From: a virus
Reading direction: 5' to 3' (one strand)
IMG/VR virus record: IMGVR_UViG_3300032236_000443
Location: 1-64,000 of that record
Length of the DNA stretch: 64,000 nucleotides
Both the position numbers and the translations under genes were made by a program. This document shows, piece by piece, positions 38,423 through 47,578 of the stretch. Within the stretch, counting starts at the first letter, position 1. Each line of letters begins with the position of its first letter. The notes under the pieces are model-generated. The model was not told where the DNA came from. It was given only the letters and a program-made list of their open reading frames with translations, and did not search any database.

Positions 38423-39021
38423 TATTTAATCCCATAGATAGATGCTATGCAACCTGAAACTAATGTTTGGCTACAGTTTAATGAGATAGTTCCTACTGCT
38501 TGTGTGCTATTCCATAGCCCCGATGCCAGTTGAATTTTACCTGAACCATTTACTTCCTGGGCTTCTAGCACTCTAATGTTTTTTGTTTTATTTGTATTTG
38601 AATAATCCAAGATATCAATAATGAAAGTGGTCCACATACCTGCGGTAGAACTTGAGCCGTTTACTTCTCCAACTCCCATAAAACTAACGCCCGTTTGTCC
38701 ACCCGTAAAGACGCTTGAACCATCTCCACCAAGTAGGTGATATGAGTAGTTGTTTCCAGAGTCAATGCCTGATGCAGGACCCATCTGCATTTGCCAACCA
38801 ATGCCTACCGCTTGGGCATAAGTAGAACGTACTAATCCACGAATTTGAAGGTGAGTGTATGTTGAAGGTATGTTATTGAACAAAAAAGCAGTTGAGTTTG
38901 TAGACAACTGTGCAGAAGTTATAGCATCCATCGCAGCAGTTTGAGATACTTGGTCCCAAACAGTTTGTTGCTTCGGAAAACCAGCCTGAATACTTTGACG
39001 AGAAAGACGACTAACTGCCAT
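38422..39021 (-). CDS. Virion protein, paralog of 34415-35014 (cassette 1, A)
   Basis: FNNIPSTYTHLQIR...DILDYSNTNKTK...IYGIK. Confidence 0.75.
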   Translation of the reverse strand: MAVSRLSRQSIQAGFPKQQTVWDQVSQTAAMDAITSAQLSTNSTAFLFNNIPSTYTHLQIRGLVRSTYAQAVGIGWQMQMGPASGIDSGNNYSYHLLGGDGSSVFTGGQTGVSFMGVGEVNGSSSTAGMWTTFIIDILDYSNTNKTKNIRVLEAQEVNGSGKIQLASGLWNSTQAVGTISLNCSQTLVSGCIASIYGIK

Positions 39022-39034
39022 GAGTTAGGTCTCC

Positions 39035-39403
39035 TTACGCTAGTTCAGAACCGAATGCTGAGAAAGAAAGAGTGGTTGCTGAGGCGTTAATGGTGATGAC
39101 ATCTGTGGTCGCCAATGTAATGCCAAGTGTCAAAGCAATCGTATCGTTTCCAGCAATTGGGGTTCCGTAAGCAATGTAGTGACGAGTATCAAGAGTTGCA
39201 CCTGCTGGGCGCACAGCGATGTTGAATGTTGCCGCTGTTGAAGCCTGGTTGCAGATAGTCAATGTTGAAACAACAGTAGAAGTTGCTGCTGGAACTGTGT
39301 AAAGGTTGTAGTTGGTATTAGCGGCAGAAAGTTGCTGAGCACCGTTACCAGTTGCTCCTGCTGCGCCTGTCATACCTAAAACTTTGTAAGAGGCTGTTGC
39401 CAT
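39035..39403 (-). CDS. Small beta-rich virion adaptor-like protein
   Basis: YKVLG...LYTVPAATSTVVSTLTICNQ...LTLGITL...FSAFGSE. Confidence 0.7.
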   Translation of the reverse strand: MATASYKVLGMTGAAGATGNGAQQLSAANTNYNLYTVPAATSTVVSTLTICNQASTAATFNIAVRPAGATLDTRHYIAYGTPIAGNDTIALTLGITLATTDVITINASATTLSFSAFGSELA

Positions 39404-39465
39404 TGAATAAACTCCTTGTGGCTGGTGATACCGTAATTATCTATGGTTAAAAGGCTTCTGTATTG

Positions 39466-40032
39466 TTAAAGCGCCCCTAGATTTTTAAGGTTAGAGGTTA
39501 CAGAGTTCCTGTATTCCTCAGTCAAACTAGGGTCTAGTAGGAGGTTCTTAAAGAGGTCTACCGACTCATCTTGGCGTCCCACCCACCAAGCGCTTACTGC
39601 CTTTTCAAAGATAAGACCATATCGTCCTGGGTAATCTACCCAGATAGGAAGTAGGTCATTTTTTGTTGCGGGCAAAGAAAGTCCAACTTCGGCGTAAGTG
39701 TAGGACTCTTGCCACTTCTTGTTCTGCTCAAAGTAACGTGAGAATAAGAACCATGCTTCAGGGCGGTTAGGCAGGTAAGCGATAGCCTTGTAGTACAAGT
39801 TCCGAACTGTGTGCTCACGGTTCTGCTGGGCGCTAAAACACTTGGCAGATTTCAGCAACGACGAGTAGACATAGGTGGGATGGGTGTAGTACCCGTACTC
39901 AGCAGTCCGTAGGTAGAAGGAAACGGCAGAAGCAGTCTGACCTATGCGGTCGTACTCTTCGGCAATCTGTAGGTTAAGTGCAGGACTAAAGGGGTCATTA
40001 GATAGTTGGACTATTAACTCTTTAATTTCCAT
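39466..40032 (-). CDS. TPR-repeat protein
   Basis: IAEEYDRIGQTASAVSFYLR, KAIAYLPNRPEAWFLFSRYFE. Confidence 0.8.
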   Translation of the reverse strand: MEIKELIVQLSNDPFSPALNLQIAEEYDRIGQTASAVSFYLRTAEYGYYTHPTYVYSSLLKSAKCFSAQQNREHTVRNLYYKAIAYLPNRPEAWFLFSRYFEQNKKWQESYTYAEVGLSLPATKNDLLPIWVDYPGRYGLIFEKAVSAWWVGRQDESVDLFKNLLLDPSLTEEYRNSVTSNLKNLGAL

Positions 40033-41023
40033 AAAGAGCCTCCGAAATCATTGAGTCAACTGTTGACTTGGGTACTTCAAGGACAAATGCCGCATTGTCC
40101 TGAAATCCAAATGAGAGAAGTAAGTTGTCGTTGAGCACGGCAGCGCCGCAGACAAACTCAATCTTTGCATCTAGGAATGACCACTCTATTGGTGACACCC
40201 CAATTAATTTAAATGATTTGTTCCATACACATAAGCGATGGCGATAGACGCCATCTTTCTGTCCCATGTAGTTCTTAGTAAGCACAACTTCGTGTGTGAT
40301 GGCGATGTACATCTCGCCCCACTTAATGAGTTGAGAACCACCACGCAAATCAGCAGGAGCAGTAACGCCCTCTACAACCGCTAGTTGCTCACAGAATGCT
40401 GGGCGGTGTGGTTTAGTGCGAACAACCTCTGTCGGAGATGACCACTTAACGTATACATACGGCTTATCAAGTACAGGCATCCAGTTCTTTTCGCAGTATG
40501 CGTTCTCATCAATTGGCGCAGGAATACGGATGCGTGAAACTTCTTTAGCAGTCCATTGTTCTTTATCAACTTCTAACTCCGATAGTTCCATACGGCCTTG
40601 ACCAGTTGTAGTGGTATCTCTACGAACGCCTGTGCCGTAGTACTTTCCATCCCACTTAACTAAGCGGGCATCTTCTAACCCTACAAACTCCCAAATCGGC
40701 TCGTGAAGATTTTGCATTTCTATCTTGCAATAGTTGATGACATTAAAGTCTTTATCTAATCTACAGAAGTAATTCTCTGTACGTAACTTTTGGTCTTTCT
40801 CTGGATGCAAGTAAGAAAGAGGACCCCAGATACTGGGGAAGCGTTGGTCGTTTTCTGAGTGATAAAGAGTGTAATTGATATGACGCAAAATGCAGAGGAT
40901 ATCTCCATCATCATCTATAAAGATAGATGGGTTCATTAAACCAGTTCCACCTGTAACTTCAGAAGGAATGATGAGAGGCGTTAACTTGCCGCCTTCTTGT
41001 ACCGCCTTTTGCACCAGATTCAT
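40022..41023 (-). CDS. Five-bladed beta-propeller glycoside hydrolase/phosphorylase-like protein (GH130/GT108/GT91-like)
   Basis: NPSI, GLEDARL, CEKNWMP, LRGGSQ, IEFVCG, SFGFQD motifs; start adjusted to MNLVQK. Confidence 0.7.
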   Translation of the reverse strand: MNLVQKAVQEGGKLTPLIIPSEVTGGTGLMNPSIFIDDDGDILCILRHINYTLYHSENDQRFPSIWGPLSYLHPEKDQKLRTENYFCRLDKDFNVINYCKIEMQNLHEPIWEFVGLEDARLVKWDGKYYGTGVRRDTTTTGQGRMELSELEVDKEQWTAKEVSRIRIPAPIDENAYCEKNWMPVLDKPYVYVKWSSPTEVVRTKPHRPAFCEQLAVVEGVTAPADLRGGSQLIKWGEMYIAITHEVVLTKNYMGQKDGVYRHRLCVWNKSFKLIGVSPIEWSFLDAKIEFVCGAAVLNDNLLLSFGFQDNAAFVLEVPKSTVDSMISEALYGN

Positions 41024-41036
41024 GGGGCAAAGACTA

Positions 41037-41696
41037 CTACATACCACCTAGCATAAGTACTTGAGGTAGTGGGTCAGATGCTGCTGCCGCCCAAGCAACA
41101 CCTGTACCTGTAGAGGTAAGAGCATAACCGCTAGTTCCTGCAGAACCACCAGCAGTCAATGTTCCAGTAAGAGTAAGGTTGGCAATAGAAGGACCTGTTG
41201 CAGCAACGATAGTTCCGCCAGTTCCTGTGATGAAGTCAAAGCCAGAAATTTGATAATCCCATGAGGCAGCGGTAGTTCCCGAAGTAGAGACAACTGTAAA
41301 GAAACCGCTAAAGCCAGTCTGCAGTGTAGCGACAAGATTTCCGCCAGAAGAGTTGATAGTCAAAGACTGTGTGCTGTTGTTGAGGATTTGGAAAGCAAAA
41401 CCAAGAGTTAAAGTGCTAACAACTGGAAGAACAATTGTCTGTGCAAGTGTTCCAGTGAAGTTTTGGGTAGTTTTGCTAGAGACTGTAAGGGTAGTAGTAG
41501 CACCAGCAGTTGCGGTTGTAGCGTAAGAAACACCACCACCTCCAGCATAAGACAAACCAGTCCACGCAGTAGAGCCATCACCGATTTTGAACTGGTTAGT
41601 ATCTGACTCAAAGCCAATTTCGCCCGCTGCAAGAGTTGGGTTATTGGAAGTCCAGTTAGCCGCTGTATCACGGCGTTGCTGCATTCTAGATGTCAT
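41037..41696 (-). CDS. Fibre protein with Mtd/hyaluronidase-type N-terminal domain
   Basis: QQRRDTAANWTSNNPTLAAGEIGFESDTNQFKIGDGSTAW; C-terminal PLPQVLMLGGM. Confidence 0.85.
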   Translation of the reverse strand: MTSRMQQRRDTAANWTSNNPTLAAGEIGFESDTNQFKIGDGSTAWTGLSYAGGGGVSYATTATAGATTTLTVSSKTTQNFTGTLAQTIVLPVVSTLTLGFAFQILNNSTQSLTINSSGGNLVATLQTGFSGFFTVVSTSGTTAASWDYQISGFDFITGTGGTIVAATGPSIANLTLTGTLTAGGSAGTSGYALTSTGTGVAWAAAASDPLPQVLMLGGM

Positions 41697-41712
41697 TGAA
41701 GACCTCTCTCAA

Positions 41713-44700
41713 TTAGAAACTTACCGTTGATGCGCCTGCATCAATCGTGTAAGTCCACGTAGTGGTGTTACTTGAAGAAACTCCTGCGTCATAGATTATA
41801 TCTGGCTTTATTGCTGAAGAACCGCCATCTAGATAATCAACTATGTATGCATTACCGCTAATGCCCTGGATACCTTGTGCACCTGTGGTTCCGATAGAAC
41901 CCTGAACACCTTGAGAACCTGTAAGTCCCTGTGTACCTGTTGAGCCTTGGGTTCCTGTAAATCCTTGTGCACCAGTGGCTCCTTGGGCACCTGTGGCTCC
42001 AGTAGCACCTGTGGCTCCTTGAAGACCAGTTGTACCTTGAGAACCTGTGGCTCCTGTTGTACCTGTAAAACCTTGTGCGCCCTGCGCTCCAGTGGCTCCA
42101 GCAGAACCTGTAGCACCAGTGGCTCCCTGTGCTCCTGTGGCTCCAGTAGTTCCCTGAACAGTTCCGCTAGTGATAAGCGTTGCTGAGAAATAAGTACCTT
42201 GACCGTTTGTATTACCGCCCCATTGCAAAACCTGTGATGTTGTGTTGCTTGTGTACGCAGTAAAGTCAATGTAATCAGTAGAACCGTTTAGGTAAACAAC
42301 CTTAGAACCACCCTGAGTGTAACCATTAGTGGTTGATACAGAGTTTTGGTAGATGGCGATTGTGCTGCCATTCTTCCTTACCTGGGTGTTGGTCTGAGCA
42401 GTACTCAGTGCGCCAGTTGCCCACCATGCATCAAAGTTAATAAGGTAGTAACCAGCAATAGTTGGTTGGAATCGCTTTGCTGTTGGGTCGTACCAGTTCT
42501 GTGGGTCAAAGTCATCAACAAACGCAATGAGTGCATCTGCGCCAGCAGTTACTGTTTGGTCGTTTGCTAATCGTCCATTTGCCGTGTAGTTAGCAGCGGT
42601 GAGCATTCCACCATTAAGACCTTGAATACCTTGCGTACCTTGTGAGCCTTGGGCTCCAGTAGTACCTGTTGTACCTTGGGCTCCAGTAGAGCCGATAGCG
42701 CCCTGTGTTCCAGTAAAGCCTTGGGTACCTGTCGCACCTTGGGCACCAGTAGCACCTGTTGTGCCTGTTGTGCCTTGTGCGCCCGTAGTTCCTACTGCGC
42801 CTTGAGTACCTGTAAATCCTTGAGCACCCGTAGTGCCTTGAGAGCCTGTTGCTCCTGTGGTTCCCTGTGCGCCAGTAAAGCCTTGCGTACCAGTAGCGCC
42901 TTGAGTTCCTGTGGCTCCCTGCAGTCCTTGTGTACCTTGAATTGCGTAAGCAACTTGGGTAGCAGTAAGGATAATTCCTGGGGTAATTGGTGTAGTTGGA
43001 GTTGTTCCTGCAGCAATTGTTTCAATAGAAACTGTTGTGCTTTCCGCTTGCCACATGAAGGTAACAACGTCATTGGCATTAAACGTGTAGACATAATTAA
43101 CGGTCTCAATGATTTGACCTGAAACGGAACCGTGCGATTGAGGTACAGTCATTTGACTGTTGGAGTATGGGGAATCTACTCCATTAACTCTTAGCCACAA
43201 GTTAGCGTTGTAAATCTGAGAAGAAGTGTTAACTAGTTGCACTGAGATAGTTATGCTGTAAGTTCCTTGGTTTAAGAACTTAATAGAGTTACCGCCCTGA
43301 GTTATTACGCCATTGTTCTCATAGGTGTTATTGATACTGATTGGATAAGCGGTTGTAGAGTTTGCAACAGTTTGAGTAGTTGTGTCGTAAAAAGAACCAT
43401 AGTAAGCAATTGTTCCACCAGCACCTTGAGCACCAGTGGCTCCTTGTGCTCCTACACCACTAGCCTGTGTCCATTGGATAGCGTCAGTACCAATACGGAT
43501 AGAGCCGTCTGAGTTAGAGCCGTTGGCATACATAAGCCATGCGGTCTTACCATAAACAGTTCCATCGGTTACAAATACGTAATCGCCTTCTTCTACCTGT
43601 GCTGCGACATGGTTATCAGCATCTGTAGCACGAGTAAGTTTCCACACAGAAGAAGAACTACCTGTCTGTGTTACTGTGTAAATACCATTTTGAACTTGAG
43701 TTGCTTGACCAGCAATAAGAACACGGTCACCAACTGCCATGTTTGGAGTGGTGTAACCATCAATAGAAAGAGTTCCGTTAGATGTAGCAATAATATAAGC
43801 GCCAATACCAGTACCGTTGCTAGCATCAGCAGAGCCAGCATAGTAAGTAGCACCATTACCAAGAGGCGTTGTCTGTACAGCCTCTACTGATTGGTGTGCG
43901 TTCTGAGAGGAGACAGGACCAACTGCTCCTTGAATACCCTGGGTTCCTTGTACGCCTTGGCTACCAGTTGTTCCCTGGGTTCCTTGCGCTCCAGTTGTTC
44001 CTTGAGCACCAGTGGTACCCTGAGAACCAGTTGTTCCTTGAGACCCCGTCGCTCCTTGAGAACCTGTTGTTCCTTGAGAACCAGTGGTTCCAGTCGTACC
44101 TTGAGAACCTGTAGTTCCCTGACTACCTGTAGTGCCCTGAGAACCAGTAGTTCCTTGTGAACCTGTAGCGCCAACTGCGCCTTGAGCACCCGTTGAGCCA
44201 GTGTAGCCCTGAGTTCCCTGTGCGCCTTGTGCACCAGTTGTACCTGTAGTTCCCTGTGAACCTGTGGCTCCAGTAGCACCCTGTGCTCCTGTTGTTCCTT
44301 GGCTACCAGTTGGGCCAATGTCTCCAGTTAAACCTTGAGAACCAGTAAAACCTTGTGCTCCTGTAGTTCCTTGGGAACCAGTTGCTCCAGTAGTTCCTTG
44401 ATTTCCTGTAGCACCTTGCGAACCTGTAGCACCTTGGCTACCCGTAGTTCCTTGAGAACCAGTTTGTCCAACAGCACCTTGGATACCAGTTGTACCTTGT
44501 GCACCGTCGTTACCTTGTGGTCCAGTAAATCCTTGCAGACCTTGAGCGCCAGTAGAACCAGTAGTTCCCTGTGAGCCAGTAGCGCCAGTGGTTCCTTGAG
44601 TTCCTACTGAACCTTGTGAACCTGTAGCACCTTGGCTTCCTGTTAATCCTTGAGAACCAGTTGCTCCCTGAGTTCCTGTTGAACCTGTGGTTCCTTGGGC

Positions 44701-44850
44701 TCCTTGTAGTCCAGCAGTAACCCACTCAGAGCCATCCCAAGTGTAAAGGGCATTATAAGTCGTATTGAAATAAACATCGCCAAGAGACGGACTGCTTGGC
44801 GGAGTCGCCAGATGCAGTACGTTAAGGGATGTTAAAAACCGACGGCTCAT
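41713..44850 (-). CDS. Collagen-like fibre protein with interspersed globular (C1q/BclA-like) domains
   Basis: Three long Gly-X-Y tracts (GSQGTT/GAQGAT), DRVLIAGQ..QNGIY domain, and AYYGSFYDTTTQ and FQPTIAGYY beta domains. Confidence 0.9.
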   Translation of the reverse strand: MSRRFLTSLNVLHLATPPSSPSLGDVYFNTTYNALYTWDGSEWVTAGLQGAQGTTGSTGTQGATGSQGLTGSQGATGSQGSVGTQGTTGATGSQGTTGSTGAQGLQGFTGPQGNDGAQGTTGIQGAVGQTGSQGTTGSQGATGSQGATGNQGTTGATGSQGTTGAQGFTGSQGLTGDIGPTGSQGTTGAQGATGATGSQGTTGTTGAQGAQGTQGYTGSTGAQGAVGATGSQGTTGSQGTTGSQGTTGSQGTTGTTGSQGTTGSQGATGSQGTTGSQGTTGAQGTTGAQGTQGTTGSQGVQGTQGIQGAVGPVSSQNAHQSVEAVQTTPLGNGATYYAGSADASNGTGIGAYIIATSNGTLSIDGYTTPNMAVGDRVLIAGQATQVQNGIYTVTQTGSSSSVWKLTRATDADNHVAAQVEEGDYVFVTDGTVYGKTAWLMYANGSNSDGSIRIGTDAIQWTQASGVGAQGATGAQGAGGTIAYYGSFYDTTTQTVANSTTAYPISINNTYENNGVITQGGNSIKFLNQGTYSITISVQLVNTSSQIYNANLWLRVNGVDSPYSNSQMTVPQSHGSVSGQIIETVNYVYTFNANDVVTFMWQAESTTVSIETIAAGTTPTTPITPGIILTATQVAYAIQGTQGLQGATGTQGATGTQGFTGAQGTTGATGSQGTTGAQGFTGTQGAVGTTGAQGTTGTTGATGAQGATGTQGFTGTQGAIGSTGAQGTTGTTGAQGSQGTQGIQGLNGGMLTAANYTANGRLANDQTVTAGADALIAFVDDFDPQNWYDPTAKRFQPTIAGYYLINFDAWWATGALSTAQTNTQVRKNGSTIAIYQNSVSTTNGYTQGGSKVVYLNGSTDYIDFTAYTSNTTSQVLQWGGNTNGQGTYFSATLITSGTVQGTTGATGAQGATGATGSAGATGAQGAQGFTGTTGATGSQGTTGLQGATGATGATGAQGATGAQGFTGTQGSTGTQGLTGSQGVQGSIGTTGAQGIQGISGNAYIVDYLDGGSSAIKPDIIYDAGVSSSNTTTWTYTIDAGASTVSF

Positions 44851-44869
44851 GTACGCCCTTTGCTATTTG

Positions 44870-47122
44870 TTAGCCGATTACCACTACTCGGAATTGGTTG
44901 GTTCCTGGAGCAACCGCAAATGTTACGTTAACCTTTGAGGTTGTTGCGTGTGTAACGTCTGCAAAAACTTCTTCTCCAGAATCAGTATCATAAATAGTTA
45001 CAGATACATCTGTAGTTCCAAAGTTATGGTAGATATCAAACGAGGTGTTGTCAGCATCACCAATAGTCTGAGCCATCTTCTTGGTGATGTATGAATAGTC
45101 AATGATTTCAATAGCACCAGTGCCGTTGTTAATCTGAAGACCAGTTCCAAGGAGTGCAGCAAATCCATCACCGTCTAGTGAAAGTCCGCCATTTTCCTTG
45201 GCTACACCAGAGATAACTCCGCTTGAGATATTGATTCCGTTGCCTGCAGTGTATTCACCAGCGGCTGAGAACTGTGTCCAAGTAGATGCTCCAGCAGTAA
45301 ACGCTGTGACAATCCAACCTTGAGCAGCGTAAGTTCCTTCTTCTACAAGGACGTAAGAACCTTCTTTAATGTCTGTATCTGAAGGGGTTGTAGAAGCAAC
45401 CAAGGTCTGTGAACCAGAGTTGTAAATATAGATTCCGTTTTCAGTTGCTGTGGTTTGTGCCTTAACAAGTACACGGTCACCATTTACAAGAGTAACTCCA
45501 CTGATTGGGTCAGAGGCATTTGCAGTGATGTCAATGTTTGTACTTGTTGCAGTACGAACTGAGCCAAGAACAGATAGTCCTTGTGCTGTAGAGTCTACGT
45601 AGCCTTTAGTTGCAGCATCACCAGGGTTTAGCGGAGTTGCCAAATTGCTGATGGTGTAACCCTCTGCGTTTAGGTCTGCGTCAAGGATGACACCAGACCC
45701 AAGGGTCTTGTTAGTAAAGGTCTGTGAAGTACCGACTGTTGCAATTTCACGTTGTGGGTATGCGTTAGCCGCATCATCGCCCCAGTGAATATACGCCTTA
45801 CCTGTGTGACCGCCAGCATCATTTCCTGGGTAAAGGATGATGTCGTTAATCGCACGGAGAGCAAGGTCATCTGCAGCAGTGATGCGTGCTGTTCCTGTAT
45901 AAGAACGGTAAATTTGAAGGTATTCAGTTTGTGAAGAATCACGGTAACTAATTCCGTTAGGAGTATCTACTCGTACTGTTCCATCGGCAGCGATTACTAC
46001 ATCGCCGCTATTTGACTCAAGACCAAGGTCTCCAGTTGTAGCAACTACAGTAAATTCACCAGATGAAAGTGCGGCAATAATGCCACGTTGGTATCCAGTG
46101 TCATCTCCACCGTACCAGTACTCTGTTTTACGAGTATGAATTTCTTGGTTACGAGTAGTGATTACTCCGTTATCGGCTTGAAGAACAAGTGGTCCATCGT
46201 AAGTACCGATGGTTTGTTCTCCTGCTGCAGTTGTTATGTAAAGTTCTCCACCAAAAACTGTGCTATTTGTGGATGGGTTTACGTAAATATCACCGCTGTG
46301 TGACTCCAAAACCATTTGGTTGGATGCAACTACAGAAAGGCTTCCGTCTGATGGGTGAGCAAGAATTAATCCAAGACGAGAACCAGAAGTATCTCCACCG
46401 TTCCAAAGTTCAATCTTTGGTGTATGGAACTCAGAGGTATCTGTTGTTACAGTGCCGTTGTCTGCCGTAAGGTGAAGAGAATTAACATCAGTTGTGATAA
46501 TTCCGCCATCACCGTTAATTGTGAGATTACCATTAAAGATAGTAAGAGTTGTAGATGGCTCAATCTTGACGTTGCCATTGTTTGACTCCAAAGCAAGGTT
46601 GTTGATTGCAACAATCGCAAACTCACCTGCAGTGTAAGGGTTTGCGGTTACAATGCCGTACTGGTCGCCATCTTTCCAATACTCGGTCTTACGAAGGTGA
46701 AGTTCGCCGTTAGGAACGTCAATGTATGACGGAAGACTTACGGTTACATCACCAGTTGTTTGGTCAACAGAAATTTGATTTGTAGTACCGTTTACAGAGT
46801 TGACGTAAGTAGCGCTACCTGATGCGCCAATTTGCAACCAAGCATTATTGTAATCTAAGTAAAGAGTTTGTGTGTCAGTTGTAGCGTAGACACGTCCATT
46901 GTTACCTGCTGTAGGAAGAGCAGAGTATGTACCGTACTCAATAGAGCCACCAACTGGAACCCAGTTAGTACCATCGTAGATACGGAGTTCTTTAGCAACT
47001 GTGTTGTAGTAAGAGTGACCAGCACCGTATGGGGAAGGGTTATCTGGAAGGTTTTGAATCTTAAAGTTGGTTAACTCAAGACCAGTTAAACTAATTGGTG
47101 TGTAAAACTTACGGGCCATCAT
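44870..47122 (-). CDS. Fibre/whisker-like structural protein with internal repeats
   Basis: Three repeats (H..KTEYW...LESN.G), DAATKGYVD, GDRVLVKAQT..ENGIY, C-terminal HNFGT...FAVAP. Confidence 0.8.
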   Translation of the reverse strand: MMARKFYTPISLTGLELTNFKIQNLPDNPSPYGAGHSYYNTVAKELRIYDGTNWVPVGGSIEYGTYSALPTAGNNGRVYATTDTQTLYLDYNNAWLQIGASGSATYVNSVNGTTNQISVDQTTGDVTVSLPSYIDVPNGELHLRKTEYWKDGDQYGIVTANPYTAGEFAIVAINNLALESNNGNVKIEPSTTLTIFNGNLTINGDGGIITTDVNSLHLTADNGTVTTDTSEFHTPKIELWNGGDTSGSRLGLILAHPSDGSLSVVASNQMVLESHSGDIYVNPSTNSTVFGGELYITTAAGEQTIGTYDGPLVLQADNGVITTRNQEIHTRKTEYWYGGDDTGYQRGIIAALSSGEFTVVATTGDLGLESNSGDVVIAADGTVRVDTPNGISYRDSSQTEYLQIYRSYTGTARITAADDLALRAINDIILYPGNDAGGHTGKAYIHWGDDAANAYPQREIATVGTSQTFTNKTLGSGVILDADLNAEGYTISNLATPLNPGDAATKGYVDSTAQGLSVLGSVRTATSTNIDITANASDPISGVTLVNGDRVLVKAQTTATENGIYIYNSGSQTLVASTTPSDTDIKEGSYVLVEEGTYAAQGWIVTAFTAGASTWTQFSAAGEYTAGNGINISSGVISGVAKENGGLSLDGDGFAALLGTGLQINNGTGAIEIIDYSYITKKMAQTIGDADNTSFDIYHNFGTTDVSVTIYDTDSGEEVFADVTHATTSKVNVTFAVAPGTNQFRVVVIG

Positions 47123-47128
47123 GTCTCC

Positions 47129-47578
47129 TTATGACAAGTATGCAACGCCGCTAAACGCTGCTAGAAAAGTTATTTCCAAGTAGTTCGGGTCTCGGTAGTA
47201 AATTTCGCCCTCGCATATTGCACCAGTGGAGTCCATTGTAGTGACGTTTGGAAAGAAATTAAGGTTATGCGAGATACGCCATAAAGCAGATGAAACACCT
47301 TGGTTGTGTGTATACGCAATTGCACGGTTAGTTCCTTGTATACCTTGGATACCCTGAATTCCTTGAGTTCCAGTTGCTCCTTGTGCTCCAGTGCCAGTAG
47401 CGCCTTGTACACCTTGTGGACCACGAGCACCGCCCTGACCAGGGCCAACTACAACAGTTGATTGGGTAGATTGAGCAGCGCTAGGAGGTACTACAGTAAT
47501 AACTACAGGATTAGTTGCCTGTACTGTAATTCCCTGTGTGCCGCAAGAGCATGTGTTCTGGCAACCACAAGTTGTCAC
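47129..47578 (-). CDS. Short collagen-containing structural protein
   Basis: GPQGVQGAT repeats plus YTHNQ...WRISHNLNFFPNV...FSGVAYLS. Confidence 0.75.
   Translation of the reverse strand: MTTCGCQNTCSCGTQGITVQATNPVVITVVPPSAAQSTQSTVVVGPGQGGARGPQGVQGATGTGAQGATGTQGIQGIQGIQGTNRAIAYTHNQGVSSALWRISHNLNFFPNVTTMDSTGAICEGEIYYRDPNYLEITFLAAFSGVAYLS

Noticed and set aside
31633-41696. Diversity-generating retroelement suggested by the Mtd N-terminal domain and paralogous adhesins
   Set aside because: No reverse transcriptase, no near-identical TR/VR pair differing at adenines, and no C-type lectin target domain seen in the window
41860-44710. Dense 9/18-bp periodic repeats resembling an array or CRISPR
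   Set aside because: Fully explained by Gly-X-Y collagen codons; there is no repeat-spacer structure and no cas gene
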